A stretch of DNA of 36,511 bases from a virus. Location of the stretch: positions 1 to 36,511 of IMG/VR virus record IMGVR_UViG_3300045988_094451, one strand, 5' to 3'. Under the pieces are notes generated by a model. That model had not been told where the DNA came from and did not search any database. It saw only the letters and a program-made list of their open reading frames with translations. A program made the translations under genes and the position numbers. Shown piece after piece: positions 15,205 through 20,728 of the stretch (position 1 is its first letter; each line of letters starts with the position of its first letter).

Positions 15205-15553
15205 CTATGTGTTGAATGACGCCCCAGCCCTCGTGAGTAGCGTCCAGATAGAGCAGCAGCAGAAAAATCAAAAGGAACGTGAGAATCCCGAACAATACCC
15301 ACTTCTCCCTCTGCTGCTGGCGGATCAGCCGCCGCAGATCGTCGATATGCGCGGCGTAAATGCCCCGGTCGTCGGCTTGCTCGCTGTTCCGCAGCACCTC
15401 CAGAATCTTTTCGGCCACATCGTCCGGCGGTTTCGCCGCGCCGGAAATGTAGCGTGATACCATGCTTTCCGATGCATTGCATTGTTCGCCGATTTCCCGC
15501 AGGGTCAGCGGGCTTTTCATGCGCATTGCCCGTGCTTTTTCAGAAAAATTCAC
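15200..15553 (-). CDS. XRE-family HTH protein with C-terminal transmembrane anchor (117 aa from GTG 15553; alternative ATG 15637)
   Basis: GGAGG lies 7 nt upstream of the GTG. HTH: LTLREIGEQCNASESMVSRYISG. TM helix: WVLFGILTFLLIFLLLLYL. Confidence 0.7.
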   Translation of the reverse strand: MNFSEKARAMRMKSPLTLREIGEQCNASESMVSRYISGAAKPPDDVAEKILEVLRNSEQADDRGIYAAHIDDLRRLIRQQQREKWVLFGILTFLLIFLLLLYLDATHEGWGVIQHIE

Positions 15554-15703
15554 CGTTTCCCCTCCTTGCAAGTTTTTTGCAAGAGAAATCCGCCCTTTGA
15601 ATTGGACTTTCTTGCTAAATGGGTCTATCGTTCTCATAGGCCCACTCCCCTTTCCCCGGTCCCGCTTCGGCGGGCCGGGGTTTCAAATAGAAAGGAGCAT
15701 CCC

Positions 15704-15844
15704 ATGACAGACCTTGAGATCCTGTTGGCATTGCGTTCCCTGTCCCCGGAAAAGCAGGCGCTTGCTATTCAAGCCCTGCAAGAGCTTCTATTATCGCAAC
15801 GATCCGTTCCCGGTTCTCCGGCGTCAGATTGTGGATCATTGTGA
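15704..15844 (+). CDS. Possible small ORF (46 aa) converging on and overlapping the 3' end of the cI-like gene
   Basis: AAAGGAG lies 6 nt upstream of the ATG. The peptide MTDLEILLALRSLSPEKQALAIQALQELL resembles C-terminal tails of XRE repressors. It may be a remnant. Confidence 0.3.
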   Translation: MTDLEILLALRSLSPEKQALAIQALQELLLSQRSVPGSPASDCGSL

Positions 15845-16094
15845 GCAGTCTTTTATCTTCTGCGTTCAGCTCGTCCTCATTCATGGGGGCGGGCTGTTTC
15901 TCGTCTATCAAATATGAAGGCTGCACGTCAAACAGCTTTGCCATTGCTTTTATTTTAGATGTTGGTATATCGTCGACCCGGCCGCACTCCCATTTGCTTA
16001 CAGCATTGGTTTTTACCCCCAGCTTTTCGCCTAATTCCGTTTGTGTCAAGCCGAGGGCTTTCCGGTGCAGCCGGATCTTGTCCCCTATTGTCAT
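15765..16094 (-). CDS. cI-like XRE-family repressor without peptidase domain (109 aa)
   Basis: IRLHRKALGLTQTELGEKLGVKTNAVSKWECG is a canonical XRE HTH. It is divergent from the cro-like gene. Confidence 0.85.
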   Translation of the reverse strand: MTIGDKIRLHRKALGLTQTELGEKLGVKTNAVSKWECGRVDDIPTSKIKAMAKLFDVQPSYLIDEKQPAPMNEDELNAEDKRLLTMIHNLTPENRERIVAIIEALAGLE

Positions 16095-16124
16095 CGCTTC
16101 TTATCCTTTCCGTTTGTTATCTTA

Positions 16125-16152
16125 ATAATACCATATTTTTTTAAAAAGTCAA
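16125..16152 (-). promoter_or_regulatory. Promoter of the cI-like gene (extended -10)
   Basis: On the minus strand: TTGACT (16147-16152), 16 nt, TGGTATTAT (-10 at 16125-16130). Confidence 0.6.
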
Positions 16153-16159
16153 TAAAAAT

Positions 16160-16172
16160 ATCTTGACAAGAT
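16160..16172. promoter_or_regulatory. Operator O1, perfect palindrome ATCTTGACAAGAT
   Basis: It overlaps the -35 of the cro-like promoter. Confidence 0.6.
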
Positions 16173-16190
16173 GAAATAAATGAGTATAAT
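16163..16190 (+). promoter_or_regulatory. Consensus promoter of the cro-like gene
   Basis: TTGACA (16163-16168), 16 nt, TATAAT (16185-16190). Confidence 0.7.
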
Positions 16191-16196
16191 GAAATT

Positions 16197-16209
16197 ATCT
16201 TGAAAAGAT
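16197..16209. promoter_or_regulatory. Operator O2, ATCTTGAAAAGAT
   Basis: Palindromic arms ATCTT/AAGAT just downstream of the -10. Part of the 24-nt repeat 16191-16214. Confidence 0.55.
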
Positions 16210-16226
16210 GAATTGAGGTGACAAAA

Positions 16227-16433
16227 ATGAACGCAAATATGTTGAAGGGACGCCTCCGCGAAAAGGCCATGACACAAGCCGACCTTGCCCCTCAAGTTGG
16301 CCTGAGCCTGTCCAGATTCAACGCTAAGTTAAACGAAACTGGCGGTGCTGAGTTTTCTCTTGGCGAAGTCCGCGCGATCAAGCGCGTTTTGGGTCTGGAT
16401 CAGGAACAGACGGAGCAAATTTTTTTCTCCTGA
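16227..16433 (+). CDS. Cro-like XRE HTH protein (68 aa from ATG 16227)
   Basis: GAGGTG lies 6 nt upstream of the ATG. HTH: MTQADLAPQVGLSLSRFNAKLN. Confidence 0.8.
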   Translation: MNANMLKGRLREKAMTQADLAPQVGLSLSRFNAKLNETGGAEFSLGEVRAIKRVLGLDQEQTEQIFFS

Positions 16434-16437
16434 AATT

Positions 16438-16450
16438 ATCTTGAAAAGGT
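16438..16450. promoter_or_regulatory. Distal operator-like site O3, ATCTTGAAAAGGT
   Basis: It lies within the 24-nt repeat 16432-16455, which matches 16191-16214 at 23/24 positions. It sits between the convergent stops of the cro-like and lipoprotein genes. Confidence 0.5.
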
Positions 16451-16456
16451 GAATTA

Positions 16457-17143
16457 TCAGCACTTAGAGCAAGCCGTATACCCCCGGCTTTTGGCGTTGT
16501 CCAGTGAGATGGGGATACAGCTCTTGCGCAAATACTGGCACCCGCTCCGGTGGTACTTGCTGCCTGTATTGGTGATGTACACCGTCACAGACTGCGGCTC
16601 CGAGATTTCCGGGGTGCTTATCCCATTGGACGAACTGCTTGAACTGCTGGCCGTGGATGCTGCCGACTTAGCTGACGCCTTCCCTTCCGATAAGCCCTTT
16701 GAATACCCGGAATTGTATCCGGCCTTCTGCCCATCATCGTATCCATCATTATACCCGTCATTGTAATCATCGTAAGAATTGGCCTGGCTGTATAGGCATT
16801 TAACGCATATATACGAGCTATCATCCAATTCGACAAGATTCTCAATGCTTTTTCGTTCCTCGCACTGAACGCAGTATTGCGTATCCTTTTCTGCGCAGCC
16901 TTCGCAATACCCATCAGCGCCGCCATCATCCGGATCATATCCGCGTTTGCAATCCAAGCAAATTTGATACCCTCGCTTTTCAAAGCAGGTGGCGCACACA
17001 TGTTCACCGCTCGCTAAGTCGATCCACCTGGTCACAGAATCTCCGCATTCGTAGCAATCGACCCGTTCCGCATTGAGAGAGCTGCACCCTGTCAAAACAA
17101 GCAACGCAGCAAGCCCAGCCAGCAATTTTTTAATTTTCTTCAT
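16457..17143 (-). CDS. Lipoprotein with multiple CxxC pairs and a C-terminal YH..C....C..C domain (228 aa)
   Basis: Signal peptide plus lipobox MKKIKKLLAGLAALLVLTGC. Four or more CxxC pairs, then Tyr/Asp/Gly and Ser low-complexity linkers. C-terminus: VYITNTGSKYHRSGCQYLRKSCIPISLDNAKSRGYTACSKC. Confidence 0.8.
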   Translation of the reverse strand: MKKIKKLLAGLAALLVLTGCSSLNAERVDCYECGDSVTRWIDLASGEHVCATCFEKRGYQICLDCKRGYDPDDGGADGYCEGCAEKDTQYCVQCEERKSIENLVELDDSSYICVKCLYSQANSYDDYNDGYNDGYDDGQKAGYNSGYSKGLSEGKASAKSAASTASSSSSSSNGISTPEISEPQSVTVYITNTGSKYHRSGCQYLRKSCIPISLDNAKSRGYTACSKC

Positions 17144-17157
17144 TTCAATCCCCCCCT

Positions 17158-17173
17158 GAGGTGTTATTTATGC
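17158..17173. repeat. 16-nt conserved intergenic element, copy 1 (GAGGTGTTATTTATGC on the plus strand)
   Basis: Identical to 17439-17454. It lies 14 nt upstream (minus sense) of the lipoprotein start. Confidence 0.85.
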
Positions 17174-17187
17174 CTTTTTTCTACCGC

Positions 17188-17415
17188 TTACTTGATAAGT
17201 TCTTTGACCCACCGCCAAAAGGGCTCGATAAGGCCGGGAAAGCGATCTACCACGATACCCAGGATGAACGTTATAAGCGGTACAAGCACCTGTGCTATCG
17301 CAATCTTCTTCTGAAATCGGCGCTCACGTTCCTTCTCGGCATCCTGTTTAGCGCGTTCCTTGGCGGCTTGATCCGCCGCTAACTTCTTTGCGTATTCTTC
17401 AAACTCTCTTTGCAT
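17188..17415 (-). CDS. Small charged-helix plus TM protein, paralogue 1 (75 aa)
   Basis: MQREFEEYAKKLA..., a Lys/Glu-rich helix, then the TM helix IAIAQVLVPLITFILGIVV. G-rich RBS. Confidence 0.65.
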   Translation of the reverse strand: MQREFEEYAKKLAADQAAKERAKQDAEKERERRFQKKIAIAQVLVPLITFILGIVVDRFPGLIEPFWRWVKELIK

Positions 17416-17438
17416 GTTCCGCCCCCATTCCCTAACGC

Positions 17439-17454
17439 GAGGTGTTATTTATGC
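17439..17454. repeat. 16-nt conserved intergenic element, copy 2
   Basis: Identical to 17158-17173. It covers the last codons and stop of paralogue 2 and precedes paralogue 1. Confidence 0.85.
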
Positions 17455-17654
17455 AAGAACGCCCAAATATCCCCGATATGCTCCACAAGGAGCGTGACCC
17501 CTGCGACAGCCAGCGCCTTGAAAAGCTCGAAAAGAAGGTCCGCACGCTTTACACGCTTTTCTTCGGCTTTCTTCTCGGCCACTTCCTTGGCCTGCTGCTG
17601 TTTCCGTGAAGCGTCCGCCAACTCTTTGGCGTATTCTTCAAACTCCCTCTGCAC
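17445..17654 (-). CDS. Small charged-helix plus hydrophobic-tail protein, paralogue 2 (69 aa, GTG start)
   Basis: MQREFEEYAKELA.... Differences from paralogue 1 in the first 13 codons are mostly synonymous in this frame (CAA/CAG, AGA/AGG, GCA/GCC, AAG/AAA, TTA/TTG). Confidence 0.65.
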   Translation of the reverse strand: MQREFEEYAKELADASRKQQQAKEVAEKKAEEKRVKRADLLFELFKALAVAGVTLLVEHIGDIWAFLHK

Positions 17655-17678
17655 CGCATATCCCCCCCCCTACCCCCA

Positions 17679-17707
17679 AACATACACCAATTCACAAAAA
17701 CTTGCAA
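17679..17707 (-). promoter_or_regulatory. Putative promoter for the paralogue/lipoprotein transcript
   Basis: On the minus strand: TTGCAA (17702-17707), 17 nt, TATGTT (17679-17684). Confidence 0.45.
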
Positions 17708-17723
17708 TCGCAATCACGACAAA
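17705..17723 (+). repeat. 19-bp inverted-repeat partner of 15141..15159
   Basis: CAATCGCAATCACGACAAA followed by ACCGAAAAGGAGG and ATG 17742. Confidence 0.9.
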
Positions 17724-17741
17724 ACCGAAAAGGAGGCCCCT

Positions 17742-17945
17742 ATGGTCAACGATTTTTACTATGACAATCTGGAACAGATCCTCGCCTTTACCGGCGGGCG
17801 AAATCTTTTGAACATCAAGGACGTCAAGGCGTTCACCGGCATCCGGGATCCCCGCACCGTCAGAAAGCGCTATCCCATGGACGCCAGCGGCCATATCTCC
17901 GCTGCCACCTTTGCCCGCCAGCTTTGCGGAGGTGCCAGAAAATGA
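17742..17945 (+). CDS. First early-operon protein, possible HTH (Xis/early-regulator-like) (67 aa)
   Basis: AAAGGAGG RBS. LLNIKDVKAFTGIRDPRTVRKRY looks like an excisionase/MerR-type HTH. Weak call. Confidence 0.45.
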   Translation: MVNDFYYDNLEQILAFTGGRNLLNIKDVKAFTGIRDPRTVRKRYPMDASGHISAATFARQLCGGARK

Positions 17946-18154
17946 GTAAGCTCAACCTCTGCGGCTTTAAGCCAGCCCCAAAGCCGCCAGCGCCACCGGA
18001 GCTTGGTGCCCGGTGCAGTTGCCGCCTTTGTCTGGGCGACGCTGAGCACCCAACCCGCACCGGCACCATTACCTACATCAACATTCCGCACCGCTGGTTT
18101 CTGGTCACCTTCGACGGCGGCCTGCGCCAGTGCTATCACTTCGGGGAGGCTTAA
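17942..18154 (+). CDS. Hypothetical Cys-containing protein (70 aa)
   Basis: ATGA overlap with the previous stop. Confidence 0.6.
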   Translation: MSKLNLCGFKPAPKPPAPPELGARCSCRLCLGDAEHPTRTGTITYINIPHRWFLVTFDGGLRQCYHFGEA

Positions 18155-18156
18155 TT

Positions 18157-18267
18157 ATGGATATTACAACGTTCATTTTCGTGCTGATCGGCGCGGCCAC
18201 CGCCGCCGCGTGGACCCTGCGGATCGTAGATCTTATCGAGAGGGGGAACCGCCATGAAACGCGCTAA
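18157..18267 (+). CDS. Possible 36-aa single-TM peptide
   Basis: GGAGG lies 7 nt upstream of the ATG. Sequence MDITTFIFVLIGAATAAAWTLRIVDLIERGNRHETR. Below the ORF-track size cut-off. Confidence 0.4.
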   Translation: MDITTFIFVLIGAATAAAWTLRIVDLIERGNRHETR

Positions 18268-18382
18268 CCGCACACGGGAGGAGCGCCGCTGGGACCGGGC
18301 CGACTTCTCCGCCTGGATCTCCTTCGGCTGTTTCCTCGGCTTCCTGCTCATGGTGCTGGCCCACATGCTGGGCGTGGTCTGA
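18254..18382 (+). CDS. Possible 42-aa single-TM peptide
   Basis: G-rich RBS. Sequence MKRANRTREERRWDRADFSAWISFGCFLGFLLMVLAHMLGVV. The stop overlaps the next start (TGATG). Confidence 0.4.
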   Translation: MKRANRTREERRWDRADFSAWISFGCFLGFLLMVLAHMLGVV

Positions 18383-18573
18383 TGCGCAGACACCGTGGCC
18401 GGATGGCAGAATTACCGCCCTGCCCCCGGTGCCACATGTACGGCGGTAAACGGATGGTAGCCCCCGGAAAAGAGGACCTGTTTTTCGTCCTCTGCGATTC
18501 CTGCGGCTACCGCACGAAAAAATATACGGACATTGCCCATGCGGTCCGTGTCTGGAGGGAGACCCAACTATGA
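18382..18573 (+). CDS. Lar-like zinc-ribbon protein (restriction-alleviation family-like) (63 aa)
   Basis: CPRC...(22 aa)...CDSCGYRT....AHAVRVWRE parallels the Lar layout CPFCG...C..C....A...WN.R. More diverged than the second copy. Confidence 0.5.
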   Translation: MRRHRGRMAELPPCPRCHMYGGKRMVAPGKEDLFFVLCDSCGYRTKKYTDIAHAVRVWRETQL

Positions 18574-18794
18574 CCAGAAAAAACTATCCCATCTGCCACT
18601 TCTGCAAGCATCCCCTGAACCCCAATGCGGAGGACGATTGCGACCGCGTGTTTGTCCTGCCCAACGGGGAACTGTGCTGCCCGCCCTGCTTTAAAGATTA
18701 CCTACTGAACGAGCTGGATAAAAACATGGACCTGTTTGCCGATGCCCTCGGCATCCCGGTCCTGTATACGGAGGGTCCCAATGCTGATATTTGA
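18570..18794 (+). CDS. Hypothetical zinc-binding protein (74 aa)
   Basis: CHFC...CCPPC motifs; ATGA coupling. Confidence 0.6.
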   Translation: MTRKNYPICHFCKHPLNPNAEDDCDRVFVLPNGELCCPPCFKDYLLNELDKNMDLFADALGIPVLYTEGPNADI

Positions 18795-19365
18795 CGAGGC
18801 CACCCACATTTACACCCTTGATGGCATCCAGCTGCCCAGTGTGACCGAGATCACCCGCTTTTGTGCTTATGACTACAAGTTAGACCGGCCATGGCTGGCG
18901 GAGGCTGCCGCCTGCCGTGGAACCGCCGTTCACGAAGCCTGCGCCCTCATTGACTACGGCGAGGAGCCGGAGGAAACGCCGGAGATCGCCGGATACCTGA
19001 AAGCCTACCGCCGGTTTCTCAAAGACTGGAAACCGGAATGGAATCTGATTGAATGTCCCATAGCGGACCGGAATATGAAAATGGCCGGAACGATGGATCG
19101 CTTTGGCATCATCCATAATGCCCCCGCGATTCTGGACATTAAGACCGGCCAGCTCCATGACGCCGCCCTCTCCGCCCAACTCACCGCCTACAAGATGCTT
19201 TTCTCGTGGGACCCGCGCTGCGGTTACGGGAAAATTCAATCGCTCTATGCCTTGAAACTCTCTAAGGACGGCACTTATGAGCTTCGCCATGTAGAACCAA
19301 ATTCAAATTTGGTAAACGCCTGCCGCACCCTCCATAAAGCCACAGAAAGGAAGAAACGCACATGA
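18781..19365 (+). CDS. PD-(D/E)XK (Cas4/RecB-like) exonuclease (194 aa)
   Basis: Start at ATG 18781 (GGAGGG RBS). THIYTLDGIQLPSVTEI, GTAVHEA, GTMDRFG and ILDIKTG fit the D...D/E-x-K nuclease core. Confidence 0.75.
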   Translation: MLIFDEATHIYTLDGIQLPSVTEITRFCAYDYKLDRPWLAEAAACRGTAVHEACALIDYGEEPEETPEIAGYLKAYRRFLKDWKPEWNLIECPIADRNMKMAGTMDRFGIIHNAPAILDIKTGQLHDAALSAQLTAYKMLFSWDPRCGYGKIQSLYALKLSKDGTYELRHVEPNSNLVNACRTLHKATERKKRT

Positions 19366-20081
19366 ATGAACTCGCCCTGTACCAATACAACGCCGCCGCC
19401 CTGACGGTGGCCCCCGTCCCCCGCTCCGGGAATTACACCATCTGCGCCCCAGACGGAGCGCCCGCCGTCCTGAAACGCGGCATCGACTTCGGCATGATCC
19501 GCAAGAAGAACGGCGACGCCATGACGAAAAACCCCACCCTCTTCAAATCCGGCGCGGAAAAGGTGGCCGTGGCTTACGGCCTCTGCCAGCGCTACACGCT
19601 GGAAAGCAAGCTGGAGGACATCGAGCACGGATTTTTCTATTTCCTCGTCCGCTGCGACCTCATCAAGATCTATGACGGTAAAGAATTCACCATCACCTCC
19701 GCCTACGGCTCCGGCAACACCCGGGAGGGCCGCACCGGGTCCCAGTCCCCCTATGACGGTGCCAACAGTGCGGTCAAGATGGCTCAGAAACGCGCCCTGG
19801 TCTCCGCTGCCCTTTCCCTCGGCTGCGTCTCCGATATGTTCACCCAGGACATTGAGAGCGACACCGAGGACGGCAGCGCCTACATGACCAACAAGGACCC
19901 CAACGCCCCCATTACCGCCGCGCAGGTCAAATTCTTCTATTCTGCCTGTTCCCGCCACGGCCTGACAAAGCAGGAGGCGAAAGCCCTCTTGAAGGCCCAC
20001 GGCTATGACAGCGCCAGCAAGGTCCTCAGCAAGGACTTTGACGCCCTGCTGGACGCTCTGGAGCCGAAGGAGAATGCCTGA
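19362..20081 (+). CDS. Single-strand annealing recombinase (RecT/Rad52-superfamily-like) (239 aa)
   Basis: It lies between the exonuclease and SSB. PTLFKSGAEKVAVAYGL and SAVKMAQKRALVSAALSLGCVSDMFTQD resemble conserved annealase blocks. Family not resolved. Confidence 0.55.
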   Translation: MNELALYQYNAAALTVAPVPRSGNYTICAPDGAPAVLKRGIDFGMIRKKNGDAMTKNPTLFKSGAEKVAVAYGLCQRYTLESKLEDIEHGFFYFLVRCDLIKIYDGKEFTITSAYGSGNTREGRTGSQSPYDGANSAVKMAQKRALVSAALSLGCVSDMFTQDIESDTEDGSAYMTNKDPNAPITAAQVKFFYSACSRHGLTKQEAKALLKAHGYDSASKVLSKDFDALLDALEPKENA

Positions 20082-20494
20082 TGTTCATTAACGGCTTACC
20101 GGACTGCAACCGGGAGGGCGTCCCGCAGAAAACCGGCCTGATCTGTGGCCGCTGCGCCAAGGACGCCCAGATCTTCACCTCCAAAAACGGCACCGCCATC
20201 GGCTCCGTCTCCGTGGCGGCCTATAACAAGCCTGACGGGACTACCGTCTGGATGACCGTCAAGGGCTTCGGCTCCATGGGCCGTGCGATCGCCAGCGCCT
20301 CCAAGGGCGATCCTATCATCGCTGTGGGCCGCGTGGAATCCCGTGACTACGAGGGCAAGACCTATATCGACTTCATCGCGGAGTGGGCTTCCGTAGGCGC
20401 TCAGCGCATCGACGCCCGCACCACCGCCGCCCCACCCATGAACAGCAGCGGAGGCTTTGCAGAAATTCAGGATGACGGGGAACTTCCCTTTTAA
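20081..20494 (+). CDS. ssb: Single-stranded DNA-binding protein (137 aa)
   Basis: OB-fold-like core followed by a Pro/Gly linker. The C-terminal acidic tip DDGELPF matches the canonical SSB tail. Confidence 0.85.
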   Translation: MFINGLPDCNREGVPQKTGLICGRCAKDAQIFTSKNGTAIGSVSVAAYNKPDGTTVWMTVKGFGSMGRAIASASKGDPIIAVGRVESRDYEGKTYIDFIAEWASVGAQRIDARTTAAPPMNSSGGFAEIQDDGELPF

Positions 20495-20601
20495 CAACGT
20501 TGCCGTGTGTGTCTAAAGAGTGATGACGGGCGGATGCAAGCAAGCCGCAGCACGATCACCGACGCACACAGCAGCCGCAGAGAAAAAGAAGAACGCCCCC
20601 C

Positions 20602-20657
20602 ACACCCCCCTAAGAAGAAAAGATTATATATATTTATCTCTCTATTGGCAGGGGGAA
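20602..20657 (+). repeat. Composite repeat element, copy B (partner at 10891..10936)
   Basis: ACACCCCCC-TAAGAA, a 9-nt insert, the identical 18-mer ATATATATTTATCTCTCT (20626-20643), then GGCAGGGGGAA. Confidence 0.85.
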
Positions 20658-20660
20658 AAG

Positions 20661-20700
20661 AATTAGAGGCTAATACAGGAATTAGAAGCTAATTAGAGAC
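20661..20700 (+). repeat. Three AATTAGA(G/A) direct repeats in an AT-rich stretch
   Basis: AATTAGAGGCTAAT (20661), AATTAGAAGCTAAT (20680) and AATTAGAGAC (20691). Confidence 0.7.
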
Positions 20701-20728
20701 TACTACGGAAGTCTTACAGGAGAAGAAC

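Noticed and set aside
16449-16766. 105-aa plus-strand ORF after the cro-like gene
   Set aside because: It is entirely antisense to the lipoprotein gene, which has a signal peptide, a lipobox and CxxC modules. Its GTG start is just part of the O3 repeat.
17161-17811. Plus-strand ORFs 17161-17382 and 17410-17811 (also 17170-17382 and 17451-17609 from the conserved GAGGTG-N6-ATG)
   Set aside because: Substitutions between the two duplicated units are mostly synonymous in the minus frame. The plus-strand peptides diverge immediately after the ATG. Their hydrophobic character is the expected antisense image of Lys/Glu-rich coding sequence. The conserved 16-mer is kept as a non-coding element.
18151-18393. 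80-aa minus-strand ORF
   Set aside because: It is antisense within a plus-strand operon, basic and low-complexity, with no RBS. The two coupled plus-strand micro-ORFs explain the region better.
19275-20497. Minus-strand ORFs 19275-20000 and 20096-20497
   Set aside because: They are antisense to the annealase and SSB genes, which carry diagnostic motifs including the DDGELPF tail.
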